Part shown: positions 11,949-24,260 of the stretch, piece by piece
How the letters are laid out: each line of letters begins with the position of its first letter
How positions within the stretch are numbered: position 1 is the stretch's first letter
DNA from: Octopus vulgaris
Lineage: Eukaryota
Length of the DNA stretch: 64,000 nucleotides
Assembly (NCBI GenBank): GCA_951406725.2
Contig: OX597818.1
Location: forward strand, 9,734,001 to 9,798,000
Direction of reading: 5' to 3'
The notes under the pieces: model-generated
Database searches by the model: none
Told to the model about the DNA's origin: nothing
Seen by the model: only the letters and a program-made list of their open reading frames with translations
Translations under genes and position numbers: made by a program

Positions 11949-12883
11949 GGTTGAGAAAGTTGGTGTGTGAAAGCACGTGGTTGAATATATAGAAAATAGT
12001 AAAAAGTGAAAAACTACAGAAGGCTTGTTTTAAAAGGTTAAAATATATATTTGAGTCATTATGTCCGAAGAATGTTATAAAATTTTTTTCATACAGTGAC
12101 ATAGTTTTTGAAGAAATTACCGGTTTCGTGTTAACTTTTCAAATTTCTCAAAACATCTTGTTATTTCTTCGTTATGAAGTGCAAAGGAGAGTTCCAGGTA
12201 GGGGGAGGCAATTAGCGATTTCTTCCGGTATAAGGGAGACAATCGCTTTATATTTCCTTTCCCTTTTATTTAATGGGGTGAGTTTCTCTGTATAAGAATG
12301 TTAGAGTGGTTAAGTTTGGGCTTATATTTTTCAATGAAGAATGTTTCCTTGTTTAGTCTAATTTGTGTTGGTGTTCTAATAGCACATTGATAAAATGGAA
12401 AGATTAAAAATTGTGGTAGTAGTTGCTTTGCGCATTTCTCAATATGCTCACTAAAGGGTATCATTCTGTATTCTGGGAATGCAATCTGTTGTCGATAGAG
12501 AGTGCATCTACGTCTGAGTGATAGTCCCGTGAAACCACGTAGTTTTGGTGGCAGCTCGAGCATCTTATGACATAATTTATGTTTTCAGAAGCATAAGTAA
12601 AGTTAGATTTGATCTTGAATTTTTGTCCCTTTTTGAAGAGGAATTCTGATCCTTCTAGAAGGTTTGGGCATGTTGCGCAGTTTGGTCTACCACATTTTTT
12701 TACTTTTGCATCCGTAATTTCAGAAAACAATTTTGCCTTTGTGAGAATCGTTTTAAGTGATTCAGGTTGTTTGTAGCTTTTAATCATTTTATGTATGTTT
12801 AGAATTTCCTTTAATTTGGGGTCCTTATGTAGTATTGGTAAATTCTGGGTGATGATGGTGAAGGCTTCTTTGTTTCTGGGGTT
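11949..12883 (-). mobile_element. 5'-truncated Penelope-like element (Cys-rich linker, GIY-YIG, 3' UTR), flanked by (TA)n
   Basis: KKCGRPNCATCPNL; NINYVIRCSSCHQNYV; LRRRCTLYRQQI; RLNKETFFIEKYKPKLN; (TA)n at both ends. The Cys-rich linker suggests the Neptune group. Confidence 0.9.
12106..12153 (-). ncRNA. Minimal type I hammerhead ribozyme, U3:A8 core variant
   Basis: ttttgagaaat-TTGAAAA-gt taac ac-GAAA-ccgg-TA-atttcttcaaaa: 11-bp stem I with one bulge, palindromic stem III ACCGGT, GUA triplet, located in the PLE 3' UTR. Confidence 0.75.
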
Positions 12884-14978
12884 GTATATATATATATATA
12901 TGGGGAGGTGAGTGTGTATGTGTGCGTGTGTGTATGTGTTTGTGTATGTTTGTGTGTAGGGTTGTACACGAGAAAAATTGTATTTATGTATACGTCCATT
13001 TCCTCTCATCTTTCTGTTCAGTGTAGCTATCGCTTGAATCCTCATCTACCTCAGTGCTGAATCCCTGTGTTTTACATCAAGACGCAAGTGAGACGCTGAT
13101 ATATCAGTGGCAGACAATATGATTAAATTGGAGGTCATCTTCAAGGACTTATGCATGAGGATATAAAAGTCGGAACCATACATTTCCAACGAGAAGTCAG
13201 ACACACGGTACAAGAGAGACATGATCTAAGACGCGATCCGACAAACTGAGAAAGAACGGCATAGTTCCAGAGTTGTTGAATACGGATCACAAAGAGTAGG
13301 AACAAAGTGGAACCCACCAAAGCAGAAAGACTACATGGTCGAAACGTTGAATACTGAGCACTGCTTCATAATATTTCTGGTTTCTATGCATGACACTTAT
13401 CTAATATCAATGAACCAAGTGGAGAATAATAGAATTCTCTATGCAGGTATTCACGGGGAAAAGTAACGGCTGACATTTTGAAGTGGGAGAGATGAAGAAA
13501 GTACTTGACCTACAAATCAAACTCACTTATGTCGTTCATTAGGGAGAGGAGTAAGTTCCTTTCCACAAAATAGACAAAAATGAGATTCATACATATGGCA
13601 CGACCATGAATTATGAGAATCGATCCTGATAAATATTAGTCTTGAGTAGACAACAGAAAGAGAACATCTATCACTTAAATATGATAAGGAGCTTCAGTCA
13701 AATTACCGAGGTTTGCAAATATGACTGACCCGTGAAGAAGGCCGATAAAGCAATGGTCTAAATGTTGCCACCACAACAACCTAAATGAGGACATAAGCCT
13801 GCATATTTCGGTGCAAAATAATCATAATTGTTTATCTCAGAAATTCAGTTTAATACAGTTGTTATGCTGTATCCTAGATCACTGCCCATAGTTGCATATG
13901 CTTCAAAGATACGTTATATCCAAGGTAGCATTTATCACTCATTAAATGGATAGTCATTTAAAAAATATCGCAGAGAATATTTTTTAACTGAATATTTTTA
14001 AGTATTTATATAATGGGAAAACGTACTACGAGATGATAGTGTGAGAGATAAGCGTGTTTACACGATGCACAAAGGCAACATACAATTCTTAGCAAAAGTG
14101 TGTTCACAATGTAAACAAAAGTAAACATCGCGAGTGTTGGTGGGAACGATGAGAAGTGATCAATTTCAGCTAATCACTTCAACATGAATGGTTACTGTTA
14201 ATAAGATCAAAGAATTATCTACAATGTGAACTCATTTGAATGAATCCAGTTGTAATACAATTACTACATTCATCTACACTAGAGCAGACATCTTTCAGGA
14301 AATCTCTTTAATTCAAATGAAGAGACTGTTGTTGCCTGAAATACATCTGAATGAAAGAGATCTAATTGTAATTGCTGCTGCTGCTGTTACGGCTGACGAT
14401 ATTGATGATGATGATGATGATGATAGTCGCGTAGCTATTGAAGGCAACGTTGTTGTTGTTGTTTCTGCTTATATTGTCTTTGGGTTTCATTGTGTTATTG
14501 TAAGAAATACACATTTGCTAACTAGACTAGACAGATGGCATATCATTTGCTGACTAATTAGAACGAAGTTGTCGACGCTGCTGCTACCGCTGCTGTTACT
14601 CTCGTTGATGATATTGGTGGGGCTAGCAGTGGCGTGGTGGTGGTGGTGGTGGTGGTGGTGGTGGTAGTGGTGGTAGTGATGGTGATGGTGGTGAGGGTAT
14701 GGATTCGATTGTGTTTAGTGCATTGTGTTTTAAAGTAGCCTAATTGGTAATTGATAATCAAAAGATGCTTGAGATGATGTTAAGCTTCTTACATTCATCT
14801 AAATCTATAGAGATTTATGTATGTTTATATCTACTTATCCATATTTCTATCTGCCTATCTACCTCAATAGATAAATATGAGTATGCATGAGTGAATATAT
14901 ATGTATCTAATGTATCAAGGTGTTTCTTTGCAGGTGTGTGTGTGTATATGTTTGTGTGTGTGTCTGTCTGTGTGTTTG

Positions 14979-15300
14979 TTTGTTGCTTCCCAACCACCTG
15001 ATTCCGGGTTCAGTCCCACTGCGTGACACTTTGGGAAATTGTCTTCTACTATAGCCTCAGACTGACCAAAACCTTGTGAGTGGATTTGGTAGACAGAAAT
15101 TGAAAGAAGACCTTTGTGTGTCTGTGTTGACAACCGATGTTGGTGTGTTTACGCCCCCGTAACTTAGCGGTTCGGCAAAAAAGACCGATAGAATAAGTAT
15201 TAGGCTTACAAAGAATAAGTCTTGGGGTCGATGTGTTCGATTAAAAGCGGTGCTCCAGCATGACCGCAGTCAAATAAGGGAAACAAGTAAAATAATAAAA

Positions 15301-15335
<35 letters not shown>

Positions 15336-15743
15336 CGAAGACGTGACTGTGTGGGAAGAAGCTTGCTTCCCAACCACATTGTTCCGGATTCAGTCCCACT
15401 GCCTGGCATCTTTGGCAAGTGTCTTCTTCTATAGAGCCCGTCAGACCAAAGCCTTGAGAGTAGAGTGGTAGAAGGTAACTGAAAGAAGCCCGTCGTATAA
15501 ATATATATATATGTGTGTATGTGAGAGTGTGTGTGTTTGTGTTTGTCCCCCCACTACCAACATCGCTTGATAACCGATGCTGGTGTGTTACGTCTCCGTA
15601 ACTTAGCGATTCGGCAAAAGTGACGGATAGAATAAGTACTAGGCATACAAAGAATAAGCACCGGGGTCGATTTGCTCGATTAAAGGCGGTGCTCCAGCAT
15701 GACCGCAATCAAATGATTGAAATAAGTAAAAGAATAAAAGAAT
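14979..15743 (+). mobile_element. Two tandem SINE A copies (14979-15303 5'-truncated; 15333-15743 full length) separated by (TA)n
   Basis: Family A motifs occur twice. Confidence 0.9.
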
Positions 15744-16544
15744 ATATATATATGCATGTATATATATATATATATATAAAATATAAAATATGAATTAGAG
15801 ATAAAACCACTATTATGCAACTCAAACAGTGATCACATTTTAAAGTTATCTCTACAGATTTTCAATACAAATTAGAGCTTGTACGGAAAGTTACTGTTTC
15901 TTATGCGAGTAAGTCTAAGTAAAATGGTAGGACACCATACTGACTTCGATCGCATTGATCACATAGACTCGTTCGTAGGTGAAACTTCGTAACTTCAGTA
16001 CTGGCTCTGATTTCAATAAAGAATTCGTACACATAAATTTAGAAAGTGATTGAATACGCAAAACTCAGCATAGACTTATAATCATTTAATATAGCTAGTA
16101 GTATATTATGTTTGCGTAACGATAAACGATGTCTCTACTAGCAATTAATATATCGTTTAGTTAACCTCTACAGATTTTTGAACCAGCTCAGAAAGTTACG
16201 ACGTTTCGTACGCGAATATATCTAGGGAAACAATGTCATCGTAGATAGAATAGGTAATTGTTGTATATGCATATGTCAGGAGTTATTGCTTCTTCGTCAG
16301 TTCTATATGCAATCCATTTACTCTCCACGTACACGTTGCTTAGATACCCACAAATGTTTAGTGGTGTAACACTATAGGATAGAACAATTCACATAATAAA
16401 CGCGCTCCTGACAACTGGTACGTATATATTAATTGCTAGCAAGGACACAGTATTTTCTTTTGCATCTGTTATATACTACTAAATATAGGAAAGGTTTACA
16501 AAGCAATATTGTACCTTACTTAGTTATGGTTATATCTACCATTT

Positions 16545-16825
16545 ATTTATCCTTTACTTGTTTCAGTCATTTGACTGCGATGATGTTGTGGCACTGCCTT
16601 GAAGATTTTAGTCGAAAACATCGCCCCCAGGACTTAATTTTAAGCCCAGTACATTTTATTAGCTTCTTTAGACGAACCGCTATGTTATGTGGACATAAAC
16701 ACACCAACACCGGTTGTCAAGCGGTGATGGAGGAGAAACTCAGACACAAAGACACATATAGATATACACATACACACATACACATATAATACACACACAC
16801 ACACACACACATACACACATATATA

Positions 16826-16885
<60 letters not shown>

Positions 16886-17057
16886 CACATACGACAGACT
16901 TCTTTAATCTTCTTTAAGCTTCTGCCAAATCCACTTACAAAGTCTTGATCAGACCGCGGCTATAACAGACGAAACTTGCCTAAGGTCCAATGTAGTGGGG
17001 CTTAACCAGGAGCCTTGTGGTTGGGAAGGAAGCTTCTTACTGCACACCCACGCCACG
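16545..17057 (-). mobile_element. SINE A with expanded internal microsatellite
   Basis: Reverse complement of family A motifs. Confidence 0.85.
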
Positions 17058-18446
17058 TATAGATAAACCTGAAAAGGAAAACTTCTCACTGCTAACAGAG
17101 AAAGCAAGGCAAAACAGATAAATAAAAACGTTATAAATAAATAAAAGCATAAAAATATGAAACATGATATCAAAAATCAAACTGGACCTAATAAGTAGTG
17201 CAATCAAAGCAAAAGACATAAACAAAGAAATTAGATATACAAGAGGATGCATTATATTTATAAATTAACTGTAACAAGAAGAATTCCAACTGTCATAAAA
17301 TGGACTGAGCAACACTCCTTTCTTTGCTTAATGATTTCATTGCCTTTAATGCATCTTTTTGCTTATTTAATTTACTTGATAATATTTTTTGTTTAGATAG
17401 CACTATTTACATATGTTCGGTTCGATTCCTTGTTTTCATTTAGGCTTCATGGTTTTTTGTTTTTTATTTATCTATGTTTTTATCGGTGTATTTCACAGTC
17501 CTACTGTTTTGAAAAGGAGTCTGTCTTCTCTAAGTTTCTTATATAAACTACTTGAATGTAGCTGACTACATAGGCGTATTTTGTTACGGTTATTTCTACC
17601 GATATTCTATGGAAATTATAACCAGTGCTGACTTTTCTTACAACGTTTCGTATCGAGACGTCAGAGGTAAACAAACAATGGGATCGAAGACAAAATTGGG
17701 AAATGATTGTATATGCCAGACTTCGGCGGTTTTGGCCCCTTCATCAGCACCCATCTAACCCATTCTCGCCTCCGAATACATTGCTTATATAGCCATCACA
17801 CACATATAGCCACGGTGTTACGTTATTGGATATACCAATTTACATATTAAATGCATTCCTAGAGCTACTATATTATGGTTGCATGACGAAATACCAAGTA
17901 CCTACAAAATCGTTAGTCTTTGCATAAGCATATATCTTAAAAGAGCTAGGTGAAATGGAGGAAAGAAGGAGCAAGGTAGTTGTTTAGAAAGTAATCTGAG
18001 GAGACGCAGTCTGCACCTGTGATGCAAGATAATTGTTTGTACAGTACTTGATATGTGGGGTACAGCTGCAGGATGAGACGAAACAATTAAAATGGTTTCG
18101 AATAAAGTACCTCGTGAATTTCATTTTCTGTCCCTGATCGTTTTCTATAAACTCCACGGACATCAAGGGATTTCAGAAGTAGATCGTGTAACATATGCAT
18201 CACTGCTGATGTTGACAGCAGGTAGTGGACGTGCTTTACACAGCATACTACAAAGTTTATATGCGATTATAATTATAATTTTAACGATATGGATGTGTGT
18301 GTGTGTGTGTGTGCTTGTACATCTATGTTTGTGTGTAGTGGATAGGTGTGTGCGTGGGTGTGCGTGCGCGTATATATATATATATATATATACACACACA
18401 TACACATATATATGTATACATACATATATACATACATACACACATA

Positions 18447-18528
<82 letters not shown>

Positions 18529-18537
18529 CACATTATA

Positions 18538-19565
18538 TTTCCGGAAGCGTCTCAGCAGTGGTCTCACGAAGCTCTTTCCGGAATCCCTTATTTGAAGTGC
18601 GTGAGGTCAGCCATGTCTCAATCTCGTGTGTGCTGGTACATCCGTAGCGCTGCTTCTAAGTTATGTATTATACGTACACCTTCCTTTTTCCCTTCTTTTT
18701 TTCTTCTCTTTCTTTGTTATAAGCAATATATGAGCATGTTATAAAAAATGAACCTACACGCATCCAGATGTAGCTAAATAATATAGCTAAATAATATATT
18801 GATTACCATCTTCCAAATAGGGTATTTTAAGGAAGCATATGTTGCCTGGTTTCTATGTGTTCGGCGTGTTGGTCGTCTTGGGTACTTAAGCCGATTTACA
18901 ATGGATCTAGGGTACCCATTGGTTTTCAATATATCTAGGAAGCGTGTAGTGTGGGTCACCTTGTCCTCCGTTCTGCTGCACTTGCCCTGGATGCATACAA
19001 GTTCATTTGTGGCGTATCCTATTTTGGCACCGAGTGGAAGTGCTGAATTATTTTGGATAAACATATCTCTACTGACTGCTTTCCTGTAGAACTCGGTGTG
19101 GATCTCCCCTTCTTTCGTTATATTCAGTTTGAAGTCAAGTAGTTATAGTGATCCAGTGATGTCGGGATGTTCTATAGTGAACTTTAGGATCATCTCCATG
19201 TTATTGAACGCCGTGAATATTCTGTATAATACATATCTTAGAAGCAGCGCTACGGATGTACCAGCACACACGACCTCACGCACTTCTCATGGCGAATTCC
19301 AGAAGGAGCTTCGTGAGACCACTGCTGAGACGCTTCCGAAAAGAAAAAAGAAAAGAAAAGCCGTTTGAAAACCGATTATAGCAGCGACTTCATCTAAGAA
19401 TATCTGAAGAAGGAATTTTATTCCGAAATATATATCAGACTATGGATGACTAAATTACAACAGGTAAATAACCCATTGTCTGTATTATAGTGCATTGTTG
19501 TACCATTCAAAACTTTTTATTCTTTACAAACAATACACAATGCTTCAAGCGAACTACAATACTTT
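18538..19565 (-). mobile_element. PLE RT C-terminal fragment (minus, ~18800-19223) between inverted pseudo-LTR segments 18538-18673 and 19224-19342
   Basis: LKFTIEHPDITGSL*LLDFKLNIT..FYRK; LKTNGYPRSI; GAAGCGTCTCAGCAGTGGTCTCACGAAGCTC and CTGGTACATCCGTAGCGCTGCTTCTAAG occur in both orientations. Confidence 0.88.
19399..19441 (+). ncRNA. Minimal type I hammerhead motif, stem I partly decayed
   Basis: aatat-CTGAAGA-a-ggaat ttt attcc-GAAA-tatata-TC-agact; palindromic stem III; stem I pairs at only 3 of 5 positions. Confidence 0.65.
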
Positions 19566-19789
19566 CCTCTCTCATTCTCTCTCTCTCTCTGTGTCTCTCT
19601 TTCTCTCTCTATATATATATAGTACAACAGCACCTTAAAGGCAATATATTTCTCCGATTCTGTTGTTTAAGGAACCATTAAATACACATAACCACAATAT
19701 GAATAGTATCAGTAGCATCATACACTGTGTTGATACAGTAACCAACAACGATAATTCCAGAGAAAGAGAAACTACTGCATTCTGACCAT

Positions 19790-20090
19790 ATCAACCAAAC
19801 CTGTTTCCATTGGGACCACAACAAGTATATACTGGACAGAAGAATGAGAATAGAATACGCCCACTCTTTAACACTACACTTGAAAAAGCAGTGAATTTCT
19901 GCATCAAATCCCAAGTATGAACTTTATAAAATACGTGTATGATTCGATATAGGTTTATATGAAGTGCTCGATTAAAAGACGTGATGACCAATTCTGAAAA
20001 GCCCCATGATTGTTGATCACGGATAAACAAGTACATCGATTGTGACGAACGCATTCGTACCACTACAAGCAAAGCCACATCAGCCTTTTA
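19790..20090 (+). mobile_element. Highly decayed RTE-like RT fragment
   Basis: PLFNTTLEKAV and INKYIDCDERIRTTTSKATSAF resemble the RTE motifs PxLFN and DxEIxxRIxKAxxAF; many stops. Confidence 0.45.
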
Positions 20091-20099
20091 ACTGATATC

Positions 20100-20313
20100 G
20101 GTTTCAAATTTTGGCACAAGGCTAGCAATTTCGGGATACAGAGTACGTCCATTACATCGACCTCTCTGTTCAGTTGTTACTTATTACATCAATCTCAAAA
20201 GGATGAAAATCAGTGTCGACCTCGGCGGAATTTGAACTCAGAAGCTGAAGACGGACGAAATGCCGCACAGCAATTTGTCTGGCGTGCTAACGATTCTGGC
20301 AGCTCACCGCCTT
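20100..20313 (-). mobile_element. SINE B
   Basis: Full-length reverse complement of family B. Confidence 0.88.
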
Positions 20314-21672
20314 ACCATTTCTGCTAATACTACAAGAAGTATACTGCTACTACTACTGGTGCTACCGCCTCTACTATTGATTATAATGATAATTCTGGTG
20401 TAGCTACTACTATTACTGCTGCTGCAGTTTCACTCCTACTCCCGCCCGCTGCCGCCGCTGCTGCTGCTGCTAATATTACTGAAGAGCAAAAGAACTGCCA
20501 ATCAGTTTCGGCAACAATGTCAAGCAACACGTATAAACAACAACTGCTTGGTGCCACTAAAGAACTTCATGCGTAGCTCTTGTCTATATTTGCTCTGTCA
20601 CGGCTTCTGAACTGAACAATATTGACAAATGACACTGAAGGCAGATGAGAGAGTCAAAGATAGAATAGTGGGTTAGATTTGGGTGGGTTGGATAAATAAG
20701 AGGAATAAATAAGAAGAATAAAAAATAGCTTGTGGGTCTCTGGATGTGGATGTGTAGGTGGCTGACTGAATCTCTTGCTGGCTGGCAGGCTGGCTGGCTG
20801 GCTGGCTGGTTGGTTAACGGGCTGGCCTATTGGATTGATGGATGTTTCATAGGTTGTTTGGTTTGCTTGTTGGTTGGTTGGTTGGTTGGTTAGTGGGCTG
20901 GTTACCTGATTATTTGAAATATACACTCTCCAACAAACACATGCAGACACAGAAAAGAAGCTTAGTTTGTGAAGATTTAACAAATGTCCTTGTGTTTCAC
21001 TGTTTTTTTTTTTTTGTTTTGCTTTTCTTAGTTTTTTGGCGTTTTTCATTTTTTTTTTTGCTCGCTTTTGGAAATAGTTCTGCTTTTGGATTTTTGGGTG
21101 GGTGGGTGCTTTTGTTTCCAAATATGACCAACAAGATTTCTTTTAAAGGATTTATAAATGTTCCCTAACACATTTGCTAACAGACTGAAACACTGCACTC
21201 AAACACACACACACACATTCTTATCTATATTTAAACATAGACATACAAGTTGGGAGGTGGGAAAAAAATGACATGCGAAGTTACAACAGACACTGAGCAA
21301 TTTTGACAGATTTTAGTCCCCTTTGTTTATATTTTAATACTGATTCTTAAGGCTGATATCATTTTTGACAGCTTTGTGTGTGAGAGAGAGAGGGGGGAAG
21401 AGAGAGAGTGTGTGTGTATGTGTCCGTGCCTGTGTGTATGCGCGCGCACGTGTACGTGTGTAAGTATACCTGAATGTATCGATGGATGTGTATATGCATG
21501 TACGTATGGACTTAAATATACGCGTGTGTACACATGCATATGTGTGTGTGTGTGTGTGTATTTATGCATGAAGGCATGTAGGTGTGTATGAATGACTGAA
21601 TGGGTACATGTAGTAGTACGTAGGTGTATACCTCTATGCATTGTTGTATGAATGTGGGTATATGTGCAAATA

Positions 21673-21711
<39 letters not shown>

Positions 21712-21744
21712 GAATGTGCGTGTGCGTGTGTCTGTGTGTGTATG

Positions 21745-21848
<104 letters not shown>

Positions 21849-22194
21849 CGTAACCATATGTGCGTGCACACGTGGGTTCATGAATTATGAATATATGTAT
21901 GAATGTGTCTATGCATGTATATGTGTTTGTTTCATTGAAGCAATGCAGTAGCGCATATATGAATGAATGGATTTATCTATGCAGAGATGTGTGTTAATGG
22001 TTATGCGCCTGTGGGTTTGCATGTCTTTCTGTACGCTTTAGAAGTTTTAATCGATTACGTGTTTGTAACGCTATGTTTTATTGTAGATCATGTTGTTTAA
22101 CTCTAAGTCGTTTCTGAATGTATAGAATTCATGATCAAAGCCATTCTAGCCGTGACTGCACCTTTTTTTGTTGTTGTGTTGTGTCACTGGTGTT

Positions 22195-22267
22195 GCTGCT
22201 GCTGCTGCTGTTGTTGTTGTTCTTCTTCTTCTTCATCTTCTTCTTCTTATTATTATTATTATGATTA

Positions 22268-22356
<89 letters not shown>
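22195..22356. repeat. Graded trinucleotide array (GCT)n-(GTT)n-(CTT)n-(ATT)n
   Basis: Direct reading. Confidence 0.95.
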
Positions 22357-22358
<2 letters not shown>

Positions 22359-22570
22359 GACGGCGAGCTGGCACAATCGTTAGCATGCTGGGTGGTATTT
22401 CGTCTACTGCTACGCTCAAAGTTCAAATTCCGCTGAGATCAGCTTTGCCTTTCATTCTTTCGGGGTCGATAAATTAAGTACCAGTCAAATATTGGGATCG
22501 ATACGATCGATTTACCCGCTCCGCACAAATTTCAGGCCTTCTACCTAGAGTAGAAAGGATTATAATTATT
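22357..22570 (+). mobile_element. SINE B with GTAGAAAGGATTAT tail
   Basis: Family B head and central motifs. Confidence 0.88.
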
Positions 22571-22574
22571 ATTG

Positions 22575-22940
22575 TTTTCATATGCACTCAACAGATTAGA
22601 CTGTTGGAAAAGGACAAATCCTAACATCGGGCTACAACAAGTAAACTTAGATGCCAAGAACCCTCCTATCGGGCTATATAAGTAACCTTAGATGCCAAGA
22701 ACCCTCCTAAGTATCATAACTGTCCCTAAAAACACCGTTTTCTGGAGCTATACTAAACTGGGTTTTATGCCTGCTTCCTCTATCTATCTGTTCAGATCTT
22801 TAGGGATAGTTCCCAATGCACTTATAACTACTGGGATACATTTTACCCGCATATCCCATAGATTCTGTAATTCAATAGCTAGGTCCTGGTACTTTACTAT
22901 TTTTTCTGTATCTCTCATGCTGACTTCATCATTTGGGACT
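22575..22940 (-). mobile_element. R4/Dong-like non-LTR retrotransposon 3' end (restriction-like endonuclease C-terminus)
   Basis: EKIVKYQDLAIELQNLWDMRVKCIPVVISALGTIPKDL...LQKTVFLGTVMILRRVLG; ~42-bp tandem duplication at the stop codon. Confidence 0.85.
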
Positions 22941-22996
22941 GTGGTGGTGGTGCTGGTGGTAGTGCTGGTAGTGATGATGGCGGCGGCGGCGGTGTT

Positions 22997-23292
22997 AAGG
23001 CGACAAGTAGGCAGAATCGTTAACACGCCGAAAATGCGTAGTAGCATTTCACTCTTCTTTACGTATTAATTTCAAATCCCGTCAATTTTGCCTTTCATCC
23101 TTTCAGGGTTGATGAAAAGCTTGCCTATATCAGAAAATTTTATCAACGTAGGAGTGGCTCTGGGGTAAGTAGCTTGCTTGCCAACCACATGGTTCCGGGT
23201 TTAGTCCCACTGCGTTGCACCTTGGGCAAGTGTCTTCTACTATAGCTTCGGGCCGACCAACGGAAACTGAAAGAATCCCGTCGTATATATGG

Positions 23293-23339
<47 letters not shown>

Positions 23340-23550
23340 TGTGTCTGTGTTTGTCCGCGCAACATCGCTTGTCAACCGATATGATGGTGTGTTTACTTCC
23401 CGTTAATCTTGTGGTTCGACAAAAGATACCGATAGAATAAGTACTGGGCTTACAAAGAATAAGTCCTGGGGTCGATTTGCTCGACTAAAGGCGGTGCTCC
23501 AGCATGGATGCAGTCAAATGACTGAAATAAGTAAAAGAGAGTAAAAGAGT
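22997..23550 (+). mobile_element. Partial SINE B (22997-23115) followed by SINE A (23148-23550)
   Basis: Family motifs. Confidence 0.85.
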
Positions 23551-23599
23551 ATTGTTATACAGTGTAGCTGGAAAATGCACCGGAGTATTTATTCATCGG

Positions 23600-24260
23600 T
23601 CAGGTTACAAGGACTTTAGATAGATAGTAGTTTCCTTAAAATGTGCGCAGTGTGGCACTAATCTTGCATGGCATTCTCAAGAGTTTTACGAAGTCTTGAA
23701 GTTTCAATGGGATTAACCATTTTGTCCATATCACAACTGGCATCACTTTTACTTTACTTTTTCGCATTCCAAACGATCTTGACATCTCCACGTTCAAGTC
23801 GGAGTACTTGGTGGCTTTTAAACCTCTTCACTCGCACTATTCACGTTATTTGGTATGGCTACGTCTATGATCTGACAGTATATGTCTTTCTTGTTCAATA
23901 CGACAATGCCCGGTTAGCGAGTCTATCAGTCCGAAAGTCATAATCCCAGCATATCGTTGCTGTCCCATCTTTTTCACTAGGCATGTACTTATTACCTGTC
24001 TTCCATTTCTTCGTATTGGTACTTACCACATAAAAGACAATAAAGATACAAACAGACTTTATCACAGCGACGCTTGCATTCATTTAGTGCATGGTTCTCA
24101 CATCCATAGCAAGTGGGTTACACTCCATACTTTTTTCACATATTTTGCATTACTGGGTGTCAGAAATTTTGTAGATGTTTCATTTCACAAAATTGGAAGA
24201 GAAGAGTTTGGTCTTCAGCTGCAATTATAAGATTTAAATGCACTTCCACTTTTGTTATAG
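23600..24260 (-). mobile_element. Second, older R4/Dong-like fragment
   Basis: LIIAAEDQTL; TICWDYDFRTDRL; KYSDLNVEMSR..CPVVI; heavily frameshifted. Confidence 0.65.

Noticed and set aside
13050-13400. Possible LINE C-terminal relic (GGHLQGLM)
   Set aside because: Single weak motif; not supportable by eye
13728-13770. GTGAAGAAGGCC...GGTCTAAATG hammerhead-like string
   Set aside because: G3 with G8 is not compensatory, GAAA is absent and there is no stem I
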